This document shows positions 49,150 to 61,179 of a DNA stretch of 64,000 nt, in pieces (position 1 is the first letter of the stretch; each line of letters opens with the position of its first letter). A program made the translations under genes and the position numbers. Under the pieces are notes generated by a model that was not told where the DNA came from, searched no databases, and saw only the letters and a program-made list of their open reading frames with translations. The stretch lies in NCBI GenBank assembly GCA_964036045.1, contig OZ038378.1, positions 82,708,001-82,772,000 of the forward strand, written 5' to 3'. The DNA comes from Eutreptiella sp. 'Long Island Sound 2002'. Its lineage: Eukaryota; Protista; Euglenida.

Positions 49150-50750
49150 GTATGTTATGGACGATGCAAAAGCCACGGAATGAGACGCCCCCCTAGCCTA
49201 GCCTGCGCCCGCACCTGCGTGTATTGTGCCAGTTGGGATGCTGGCCATGATGCACTTTCGGATCATGAGAGCAATGTTCTCCCATTTCAGCGGTGTTGGA
49301 TTGAGTCTCGCAGTCTACTTCAACATCGCCGTGGCTGCTGCAGTGGCATCCTCGTAGGTAATTGTTCCTATCTGCCCATATAGGTCCGTCAAGGTTTTCA
49401 TTTGCTGTACAATGCACCCAGTTGTGGTGCCAAGGAGCGCCGACCTGGTGCTATCCGGAAAAAGGTCGGTGTGTGATGTCGAGAACGAATCATGGTTGGA
49501 CTACAGTGTGGCACGGGTCGTTGTGCGGTCCATGTTGAGAGCCACAAGCAGCTCCTCCTTGGACAAATTCTAGCCTAGCATGCGCTGTCCGGCCATGTTC
49601 GCCATAGTCCCTGCAATGTTGGCTCTTGCAGCAGTGGTAGCGTTCATATACTCCGTCCCTGCCTTATTGGTTCTAAGCAACAAGGAGACACTGTCCGCGG
49701 CCACAAGGAACGTGTTGGCGCCTCTGTTGTTGACATTGTCCTCCGACGGCAACTTGAACAAAGTTCACCACCGCTTGACCACCACCAACTGGTCGGCGAC
49801 CCCCTGCGTTGGATGTGCAGGGATAATGCTGCTTATGGACTCATACATCAATTTGTCAAATGCGGTATTGCACTCCGCTATCGTGGCAAACATGTTGGTC
49901 TTGCTACTCGTCTCCTGGCAGTTCCACGCAACAAGCAGAACTCTGGCGACATTTTCTGGCTTAGCATCCGCTGCTGTTCACCAACATTGATGACCGTCGG
50001 CCACGCTGTGCTGGTAACACTTGCTGCAACGCAAGGGGGAGATTTATTGGCGTACAATACCACAACAATATCCCTCTCCGCAGCGTTGGATTGAGACTCG
50101 CATTCGAGTTTTGGCATGTCCGTGGTTGTGGTGGTGCAAGTCGCGATCTCGCTGGCAATCGCCACCATTTGCCCGTAAAGGTCCGTCACAGCCGTCAACC
50201 GCTTCAGAATGCACTTAGTTGTGGTGGCAGGGAGCGCCAAGTTGATGTTGTCCTCACCAAGCCCGGTATGCGACGTTCAAAACAAATCAAGGCTGGATTG
50301 AAGGGACACACCAGTCATTGTGGCGTCCACGCTAAGAGCCGCAAGCAGCGCCTCTCTCGACATCTTCTGGCTTAGCACACGGAGCTTGTGGGACACCAAA
50401 GTTCCTGGAACGCCGGATCTTGCAGCATCGGCACCGTTCAGGTACTCCGTATGTGCCTCGTTGGCCTTCCGCAACAATGGTACACTTTCCATGGCCACTG
50501 CCCCAAGGATAGTTTTGACGTTGTACTCAAGCAGCAGCTTGAACGACGTCCACCACCTGTTGAGCACCACCATTTCATTGGTGACCCCTTGTGTTGGAGG
50601 GGCAGGGATACCTCTGCCATGAATGCTGCACTGAGGCCCGTGAGATCCAAGCTCGCGTGAACCCGCGTTGGACCCAATCTATGGCCCCCGAGGGCGACGA
50701 ACATCATGGCCACTAGCTTGCACCCTCATGTATATTCGACCGTGTTGACC
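49150..50750 (-). pseudogene. Degenerate ORF with three ~400-bp internal repeats, unknown
   Basis: Recurring R(V/M)L(S/G)Q(K/N)(M/L)S.E.(L)L at ~50360, ~49955 and ~49570. DLYGQ and VV..RW..FKL recur twice. Confidence 0.45.
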
Positions 50751-51484
50751 AATCACTACTGAGTTTCTATCCCCGCCAACGGTTTGCTAAGACGCACACA
50801 GTGAGGGACTTAGGGGGCCCCAACCGACCTAATGTTTCAGACCTTGCGAGACCCCGGATATCAGCTTTTAAAATCACAATTTTTGGGGGGTGTTTTGTAC
50901 CACGTGTTGCATGTCTAGACCGTGTCAATGCCGTGAACGCTGTTGTTGTTTTGGTTGTTGAGTACTGTGTTGCTTGCTCCGCTGCGTCGTACGCGCTGTT
51001 GTCACTTGTTGGGTATTTGCAATGTGTATCGTACGTTTCTGTACATGTAAGCAATACTGAACCGCACAGCCGTCACAACATGTATGAGTCCCTTATAAAA
51101 TGGTGAAATCAAACAACAATGAGCTTTGGCTCATTCTTTTGGCCGAACCCGGGGATACGCCCTTGTATATGAGGGTTTATAGAAAAGAATAAGCCAAAGC
51201 TCATTTTTTTGGCCCGTTGTAGGTTTGCAGACCCCAAATAGTGCCCACACATTAGGCTGCTTCTCAGCTAGACAAGACGTATCACATTTGCCGTCTGAAC
51301 CCCTAAAAGGCTTCCACCACCAAGTTGCAGGGCTAGTACATGGACCGGGGGTGTGCAGACGCCAAACCGCTTGCAGCGAAGGCGGGGAAAGTTAGGCTGA
51401 CTGGCCGGGAACTTTCCCATACTTCCTAAAGGTTGTAATGGGCTTGTCCAACGGCAGGCTGCTTCTCCCATCACCTTGGTGGAG

Positions 51485-51690
51485 GTATGGAGAATTATGG
51501 CGAATTATGGGTGAATTATGGGGGAATTTCTGTGGGATTTTGAGGAATTTTGGCGAATTATGGTGATTTTATGGGGAATCATGGTGAAATTATGGGGGAT
51601 TATGGGGAATTATGGCGGATTCATGAGAATTATGGTGGAATTATGGGGAATTGTGGGGAATTATGGGGACTGATGGCTCAATTATAGTGA
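51485..51690. repeat. 11-bp minisatellite (GGGAATTATGG)
   Basis: Direct reading of tandem units. Confidence 0.85.
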
Positions 51691-52949
51691 ATTTTGGGGA
51701 AGTATACTTTGAGGTAGAAAGTAAAAAACATTCAGACATACACTCCATAAAGATCACCTTGGGGAACGCATACACTAGGACATCCACTGCCTAAATACCA
51801 TGGCTACAAGGCACCCTCAATGGGCAAAAAAGGCGATATGTGACAGTGAGAGTGTACTTATATGGGTGCCATATATTGTACACCGAGGGGATTCATCAAA
51901 GCTTCCGACCCACATTGTACTCATGGTATGTGAAACTATGTATCATCTACCTGATGCTATAGTGTATCTTTTCATAGATGAGTATTGGGAGGACACAGAA
52001 AGTGTGGTTCTGCAATTCAGACACAACTAATCCTAGTCCAAGCAGATCTAAATGAGTTCTTGACTGAAGTTCTGAAGGCAGAAAGGGATGCCATTGGGTG
52101 CTCTGCACGGCCGTTCGTCATACATCCAAAGGACAACCGATGTATTGGAGAAGGGGGGGGTGTTTAGTCTTCTACACGGTCAAACAGTGCTAACATAAAG
52201 ACCGACTAACTGGTGCTCAACAAGTTGCCCCACATGGCAGCAGAAGCTTGTAGTTAGGGAAGGGATCGAAACCCCCACAAGAACTCAATTGCCTTGCTAA
52301 CAAAAGCCACATCAACTGCCGTACCATTAAGTGATGTGTTTGACTCATATGTTGGGGTGGAACCCACAACGATAGATTTTGCACCATAGAATGAATATAA
52401 CCCCTTTCATACAGGCCCACCAAAATGCGGCACATTCGTGTGCCCTGGTTGCAAGAGAAGATGCACACGGGGCAAATGAACCAGAGTGTGCCAGCTTGCG
52501 ATGAACGCTCCGAGTTGGAGCAATTTCCTTGTCGTGACGGAACAATTCAAGCACGAGGACAACAACGTAATAACATGAGACGCGTAGAAATTGTTGGCCT
52601 GCTGAGCTACCAGACCAAACCACCAAGCTGTTCCCTTGCCGCTGTGTAGCAACCTAAATTGCGTAAGAAACATCTTCAGGGTAGGGCAGGTGTGTCCGTT
52701 AAAACAAAGTAACAAGGGGAAGGAAAGAAACTCGGCCGGCTGAAGCCCAGGACTAACAACATCCAAACAATCATCCGTGGTCCCGTTTGTGTTGCCAAGC
52801 AGAAAAGTGACGAACATCTTTGCGTCCATGATGTCAGTACCAAGCCAAACTGGAGCACCAAACCAGAAAGGAAAGGGGTTAATCTACAGGTAAATAGGCA
52901 TGTGGCGAATGGCAACGCAAGATTGTTGAAGACAAATACCTTGCAAATG

Positions 52950-55900
52950 TGAAAAGCCCAACGGATAGCCAACACTCCATGGCCCATCCAGAATATAGTC
53001 CATCAAGGTGGTACACCCGCCGGCGCCTGGCGACGGCTCCCGGCCAGACGAGTGGAATTAGGGGAATTATGATCCGTCCGGGAATGACCCATGGCTCATT
53101 TTTTCTTAAGACCGACTTTTGCTATACGCTTTTATTGCGTTTTCTTATTTCGTGATACCATTTGGTAGTTGATTCCTTTCTTTGGGCTTGTTCGAGCCGA
53201 CCCCCATGACTGACAGCAAGGAGGACACCCCCCCTGCAGCGGACGTTGTTGTTAAGCCCAAGCAAACGGAACATGACAAGGTGAGCTCTCTTACACAGGT
53301 TCTCCGAGTAGGCGAGCAGTTGTCCAAAAAGCCCAAGGTGTCTCACGTATGCGAAGCCGTGGAGAGGGATTAGTACATTGAACCAGTGCGACTGAAGAAC
53401 CACATTTTGAAAGCCGAATCGGCTTGGGCAACCAAGCTTGGACATACACACCAAATGGACAACAATGATACAGCGGCTCATTTGGAGTCACTAGGGGCCC
53501 ATCCCCCGCGGCAGCCACTGGATTTCACAGTGTGGTTGGATGAAGGCACTAACATGCCGCGTTCTTTTCCCGCCGAACGTTACTGTACACAATTGCCATA
53601 GGGGCAAATTTATGATTGTTTTTTCGTTGGCGGAACGAGCTTTGGCTCGTTCTTGTTGCAAAAACCCGATTTCATGTTGTGTAGACAACAGGCCCCGGAT
53701 CCTTGCAAAGCAGCAACTGACCGGGGCTATGCGAGTGGGGCAGCGGAAAAGTTGCAGAAAAAGGAGACACAACCCTCATGGGTGGCAACAGTGAGTCGCG
53801 AAGTCGTGAAAACGGAATGTCCGCTATATATCCGGGAGATCATAGCAAAGGAGGACAATGTCATTCACCACGCCATCAACACGTTCAGCCTGTATGAGGT
53901 ATGTCAACTTGCAATTGGAGTGCACCATGTTAGTTTTGTTTCTGTTCATTAATTGATCTCTTTGCCTTGGATCCAACAAAAGCTTTTTGATTCTACTACT
54001 ATGGACGCGCATGCAGCACGGCACGTGGCAATTGGGAAGGCAGGACTCATCAAAGCGAAAGTCACCATTGTATGCCCCCCCCCCACGACCACCAGGAGAG
54101 CCCAATCATTAGTGCAGCTTTGTGGCTTACTACATGTGGCTTATGTTACTAATAAGACAGTGTCTGGAGTACTTTGAAGCCGATGTATCAACTGGTCAAC
54201 CATACAGACAATCTAATATCCGCAACGCTCAGGTCGTACACCGAAAAGGAGAAGGAATGTATTTCAGTCCCCGTGCTTGAAGCATTTCACTTTTAAAACA
54301 GTCATGGCTCATTCCTGCTTATTGAATTTCTCACACTTGACAATCACGGGCGTAAAGTGCACCTTGGGATTGTACCGGGAACAGGCAAAGCAGATTTGCA
54401 TTTGTCTCAGATCGAAACTGCATGAACGGCAGGCCTGCCAAAGCTCCCGAGAAGCTTGAAGCGTGATAGGCAACTGAAACTGGTTTTCATGCATCCCGGA
54501 AACATGTTGTTGCATCCAAGTAGAAGTATGTTCGCAACTCCCGCGACCGTCTCTAGGAAGTCTTGTGGAGTCATTATGCCCCCCCCCCCTTTTGTGACAC
54601 TAGGAATGCTTGAGGAAATTTTGAAGGTGCCACGCTTCGTGGGACCCCCAGCGGTGGAACGTCATCTGGGAAGATGGGCAACACAGCACGAGGACAACTA
54701 CCCACCCGAGGAATCAATCCAAAAAGCACGAATTTGAGCCAGAGCGGAATGGAGCAGCTTCCGGAGCATCCTGGCAAGACCTTTGTTGGAGCCTGAGTTT
54801 GAGACCACTGGCGAGGCCGTACACACTATGCACGTTGAAGGACAGATTTTGCCTGATGGGGAATCAATCGAGGGACCACATGTCACGGGTCGCAGTGCTG
54901 CTTCTCTGGTGCATATTTTGATCGTGTACAAATTTGATGAGCCATAGCTCATTCCTGGCGCCGACCCTAGCTCGTTAGTGTTTCAAAGGATTGTTGTTGT
55001 CCTACAAATCTTTGTCGATGTACAACAAGACGAGCAGTTTTGACTGCATCCATTGATTCACCAGCAACCTTGGGCTCGCAATCCTATTTGCATTGTGGGG
55101 CCTCGGATGCAAAGCAAGGCAACTCAGACACAGCTGAGTAGATCTGAGTGTTGTGATGGTTGGAAGTGGCTGACTATCACCCTGTATGACTCTGGCAGTA
55201 CGCATGCGTGCTATCAATGGAATGAAATTCAAGGTGTTGTCGGGTTTCTAGAAATGCTCCCTGTCAAGATGCCTAATTACTTGAATGTTGATCACGGTGC
55301 TATGAAGTCGCCAACGACCGTTGGCCCCCTCGTTCTTTTGGTGAAGTGTTTTGGTCTCTGCCCTAAGCAGCCACACATGCAAACCTAGTCTAGATTCTGA
55401 TTTGGACTTGTCTGCCTGGTCTCTCTTTTCACTATAGTGCGTTGCCGGAACTTGTCGGTGTTGGAATGTTGTTCATAGGCCCTAAGGCAGAGCTGAAAGA
55501 CTATATCGAACAAGTCTATGGTATGCATGCTAGTGGCGATGTTTATATGGTCAATCGGAAAGCAGCTTGTTGAGGTGTGTGCTTGTGGCTATGCACAACC
55601 CCAAGGATGAGGAGGACAATGATGGCGACCTGATTCCGGAGGAGGAACAGGAATCCAACGACGTCCACGCCTCGCAAGATGAAGCGCCGGGAGCAGTCAT
55701 AGTCCGAGGTAGAGGAGACACGAAAGAACACGAACAAGAAGAAGAAAGAGGGACAACAACAGCAGGAGGCAAAGGATGACAGTGGTAGCGTCCAGCTGAA
55801 GGCTAGTGTGGCCCCCTTCCGGGGTCGTGTCACGACTGCTGCCAAGAAGGGAATTGTGCTGTGTGTGAGTATAGTATTTAAGCCTATGTATTTTCCGGTT

Positions 55901-57100
55901 CGGCCAGAGGAATGAGCCAAAGCTCATTCTTTTTAGTTTTATAGTTTTTACCCCACCGTATAAACGATGCGAGACTGTATTGTTCAGTACTGTCGTATTG
56001 TATTGCTGCCTTGTGTGCTCTGCATGCTCTGTTCGTCCACCCACGTGTGGTGTAGATGTGCTAGTTGCTCAACAGTATAGACAAATATCAGCCAATGTTT
56101 GTCATGTCTCGTAATGGGGAAAGAGGTTTCTGACAAATGCGCACCAAAAGTCCTCCGAACTGTTGAAAAACGTGCCATTTTGGCTTCTCATGTGCCACTT
56201 GTGACACTGCCACCCCCTGCACAACCCTGCCCAGGAAACCCGTTTCCTCTTTTTTGTCGGGGGTGCGCGACAACCCTCCTCCCTTGTGGTGTACCGCTGT
56301 CGGGTCAAACTGCCCCTTTTTTCATCGGTTTACAAAACCAGGTGTTGATGACACTTGTCCGAAAATGGAGCACTCGGTTAGGGCCACCTAAGAGGGATTA
56401 CTTCCATCCCGTCGCTTTTACTAGTTGTTTGGCGGCTAGGGCTTCATGCTTGTGTCATAGATTTTTTCAATTGCATGCTAACGCGAGTACGCGGGGTCTT
56501 CGACGTATGGGCTTGGTTCGCCGCGGTGAGGACAATCGACGGGGTCCTTACAAAGCTATGCCATGTGTGTAGGTTGCATCTTGCCGCTAGATCGTCCTTG
56601 TCATCTCCATCATACCGCACCATACACTGTTTCAGTTAGTGTCACGGAGTCCTCCTTAATTAATACAGCGTTTGTCGTATTCATCACATGCCATCCGTCA
56701 TGAGACACGCACCATCTTCCTCCATGCGGCAACTCTCGAGTTGTTGTGCGCACTGCACAACGCCACCTCCCGATACCCGTGGCATCTTGGCCTCCACCGT
56801 CGCCTAGCAGATGATGGATTCATGCATTGGATGAGTTGTGCCGGTGTCATAGATCTTTTCAAACGCACGCTATGCGGAGAAATGGGGGTCTTCGTCGTAT
56901 GGGCTTGGTTCGCTGCGGTGGGGGTATAGAGAAGGACTAGGCCGGCAGAAATGCTTCTGCCTTCGGTGTATTTTGCACACCGCCGTTGGATCGTCATCGT
57001 GCTCATCTCCATCGCATCGGGTTGTTCTCCGTCTTGTTGGTGAGGTAGAGTACTTATGGATTGCTGCAAGCGCTATCTGTACTCGGTGGCCGTGACCCTT
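52950..57100 (+). repeat. 'Module B', a degenerate ORF-bearing dispersed repeat (possibly a transposase remnant)
   Basis: Frame 53182-53952 is continuous apart from two TAG codons. An inverted, partly deleted second copy lies at ~58700-61150. Confidence 0.6.
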
Positions 57101-57174
57101 GTTAATGTATGTACCGTGCGACATACCTTTTTTTACATCAGGTCAACAACGACACACACACTATCCTCTCCCAC

Positions 57175-58690
57175 ATTGGAAGGCTCGGCAAGGTGACTAT
57201 ATAACCCTAGCCGCCTAGGGGGTTCCAAACGCTTCATAGTACGGGACAACATCAGAAGTGGCCCGCAAGTAGCCTGGTGGGATATAGCCCCGCTGCCGCC
57301 TTGGGGGTGCTAATTGCTTCAAAGTGCGGGACGAGATCAAAGTTAGGCGCCAAATGGGCAAGGTGGCTACATAACCCGAGCCGCCTTGGGGGTGCCCATG
57401 GCTACAACGCGCGGGACAAAATCAGAACTGGCCCGCAAGTTGGCCGCTGCGCTATATATACCCTGCCGCCTTGGGGGTCCTAAACGCTTCAGAGTGCGGG
57501 ACATGATCAGAGGTGTCCCCCAAACAAGCAAGATGGCTACAGAACCCGATCCGCTTCGGTGGTCCCCAACGCTTCAGAGCGCGGGACAAAATCAGAAGTG
57601 GCCCAAACGTTGGCCGGTGGGCTAGATAACGTCTGCCGCTTTTGGGGGTCCTGAATGCCTCAGAGTGCGGGGCAACGTCAAACGTGGCCCCCAAATGGGC
57701 AAGGTGGCTACATAACCCGAGCTTCCTGGGTGGTCCCCAACGGGACAGAGCGCGGGACAAAATCAGAAGTGGCCCTCAAGTTGGGCGGCGGGCTTTATGA
57801 AGTCCGCGGCCCAGGGGATCTTGAATGTTTCATAGCACGGGATAAAATCAGAGGTGGACCCCAAATGGCCAGGGTGCCTGCATAACCGGAGCCATTTGGC
57901 GGGTCCCCAACGCGCGAAAGCACGGCACGAAACCAGAATTAGCCCACAAGCAGCCCAAGTGGCTATATCATCCTTGCGGGTTGTGGGGGGGGGAAGCTCA
58001 ACGCCCCCGAGTGCGGCGCAAAATCAGAAGTCGTGTACAAAGAGGCCGGGCGCCTACATAAATTTTGCCGCTTAGGCGGTACCGAACGTTTCAACGCGGG
58101 GGACCAATTCACAAGTCGCCCACAAGTGGACCCGTTGGCTACATAACTTGTGCTACCTGCGGGGGTCCCGACATTTCATAGAAGGGGACGAAATCAGAAG
58201 TGGCTCAAAAGTGGGCCGGTGGGCTATATAACCCCTGCCGCCTCGGAGGTCCCAAATGCTTCCGAGCACGGGACAAGATCACACGTGGCCCCCAGACGGG
58301 GAAGATGGCTATAGAAAGCGAGCCGCCTCGGGGGTACGCAACGCTTCACAGCACGGGACACCATCACAAGTGGCTCAAACTTTTGCCCGTGGGCTGTATC
58401 ACCCCTGCCGCCCTGCGTGTCCTAAATGCTTTAGAGTGCGGGGCAATATGGAAGGTGGCCCCCAAATGGGCAAGGTGGTTAGACAACCCGAGCTGCCTTG
58501 TGGGTCCCTGATGCTACAGGGTGCGGAACAAAATCAGAACTGGCCCTCAAGTTGGATGGTGGGCTATAGAACCCTTGCCACCTTGGGGGTCTTGACAGCT
58601 TTATAGCGCGGGATGAAGTGAGAGGTGGCCCCGAAAAGGGCAGGGTGGCTACATAAGCAGAGCCCAATGGCAGGTCCCCAACGCGCCACA
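57175..58690 (+). repeat. ~84-bp satellite array
   Basis: Same monomer. Confidence 0.9.
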
Positions 58691-58699
58691 GCGCAGGAC

Positions 58700-61150
58700 A
58701 ACGAGCAGGACTCATCAAATGCATCAATCCATCATCTGCTAGATGAGGGTGGAGGCCAAGATGCCACGGGTATCCAGAGGCGGCGTTGTGCGGTGCGCAG
58801 ATGAATTGAGATTTGCGGCATGGGGGAAGATTATGCGCGTCTCATGACGGATGGCATGTGATGGATACGACATTGCATAAATCAAGGAGGACTCTGTGAC
58901 ACCAACTAGACGGTGTACAACGCGATACAATGGAGGCAACCTACACACATGGCATAGCTTCTTCGGGACCCTTTCCATCGTCCTCACCGTGTAGAACCAA
59001 GCCCATACGTCGAGACCCTGTGGACTCTGGTTAGCATGCAATTGAAAAAATTTCTTGACACAAGCACGACGCCCTGGCGCCAAGCAACTAGAGAAGCAAA
59101 AGGACAAAAGTAATCTCTCTTAGATGGCCCTCACCGAGTGCTCCATCTTTTGGGAAGTGTCATAAACACCTGTGTTTGTAAACCGATAAAAAAAGGGGGC
59201 CGTTTGACCTGGCATCGGTGCCCTAGGGGAGGGGGTGGTCGCACACTGCCTAAAAAATGGAGGAAACATGTTTCTCGGGCACGGTCGAGCAGGGGGTGGC
59301 AGTGTCACAAGTGGCACGTGAGAAGCCAGAATGGCAAGTTTTTCAACCTTTCCGAGGACTTTTGGTGCGTAGCTGTCGCAAACCTGTTTCCCCATTACCA
59401 CACATGACAAACAATGGCCGACATTTGTCTATGGTGTTCATCAAGCAACACATCTGCAAAGCACGTGTGTGGAAGAACACAGCATGCAGGGCACGCAGGG
59501 CAGCAACAAAATATGACAGTAGTACTTACCAATACAATGTCGCATCGTGTATACGGTGGCCTAAAAACTATTAAACTAAAAAGAATGAGCTTTGGCTCAT
59601 TCTTCTCGCCGAACCGGAAAAATACCTGGGCTTAAATACGATACAAACTCACAATACAACTCACTTATTGGTAGCCATCCTGACATGACCCAGGAAGGGG
59701 GCCACACCAGCCTTCATCTTGACGTTACCACTCCCATCCTTTGCCTCCTTCTGTTGTTATCCATCTTTCTTTTTCTTCCTTATGTTCTTTCGTGTCTCCT
59801 CTACCTCTCGCCGTGACTGCTCCTCGCGTTTCATTTTGCCGGATTCGGTCTTCTTTGGATTTTTCCTCCTCCTCTAGAATTAGGTCCCCACCATCGTCCT
59901 CCTCATCCTTGGGGTTGTGCAGAGCCACAAGTACACCACTCAACAAGCTGCTGTTCCACTCTTTCCACCTGACCACATAAACGTCGCCACTGGCATACAT
60001 AGCGTAGACTTGTTCGATATAGTCCTTCAGCTCTGCCCTAGGGCCTATGAACAACACTCCAACACTGACAAGTCCCAGCAGCGCACTTCAAAGGGAGATC
60101 AGGCAAACTAGGGCCAATGAGAATCTAACCAGGTCGCCCTGTGGGGCTGCTTAGGGCAAAGACCAAAACACTACACCAAAAGAACGAAGAGGCTAAGATC
60201 AACATACAAATAATTAGGCATCGTCACAGCGAGCTTTTCAAGAAACCCAACAGCACCTTGAACTTCTTTCCATTGATAGTACGCATGCGTACTACCAAAG
60301 TAGTACATGCTAACTTTCAGCCACTTGCAACTAGCATAAGACTCGGATCCACGCAGTTGTGACTCAGTTGCCTTGCTCTCCATCGGAGGACCCACAATAC
60401 AAATAGACTGCCATGCTCAATATATGGGTGCTCAAGTACCTGTATTGTCACCAGTTAATACAGCAATCCCATCCAAGGAATGACATATGGTTTCGCAAAA
60501 AGTCAAAATTTGAAAAATTTTCTGGTGATCCTACACAGGCCGACTAGTGTGAAAACAGTTAAGTGCTCATTGGCAAGGGCCCATGGGGAGGGGCGACCCG
60601 GAGTTCAGGGCTGCAACATGGGGGAGAGGGTCACAATGTACTACCCCATTGCTGCTAGATGCAACCATTTGACAAGGACATTGCTCATACTAGCAACTTG
60701 ATGTTGCCATATTGCCAACAACTCACCTCCAAGAAAGTTCTTAGATCAAGGGCAGGCGCGGGCGCCGTATACCCCCCCGTTTTGGGGGGTCATTCGTTTG
60801 TACTCCTTACGGTCCGTCATGGGGGTCGGCCAGAACAAGCCAAAAGGAAGGAATCGACTACCGAACAGTATCACGGAATGGGAAAATGGCAATAAAAGGG
60901 TATAGCAAAAGTCGCTCTTTAAACGAATGAGCCATGGGTCATTACCGGACATATCATAATTCCCATATTTCCAGTCGTCTGGTGGGGAGCTGTCGCCTTG
61001 CGCTAGCGGGCGTACACCCCCGATGGACTATATGCTTGATGGGTTCTGGACTATTGGCTGTGCGTTGGGCTTAAGACATTTGCAAGGTATGTGTCTTCAA
61101 CAACCTTGCATTGTCATTCTCCTCATGCCTACTTACGTGTAGATCAAGCC
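58700..61150 (-). repeat. Module B inverted copy (lacks most of the 53330-54940 core)
   Basis: Reverse-complement similarity, e.g. LKSDFCYTLLL versus LKTDFCYTLLL, and ELKDYIEQVY.M.ASGDVY in both copies. Confidence 0.8.
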
Positions 61151-61179
61151 CCTAGATAGCACCCGCTACGTAGTCGCCC

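Noticed and set aside
49150-50750. Ankyrin repeats
   Set aside because: The period is ~135 aa, not 33 aa, and there is no TPLH-type motif.
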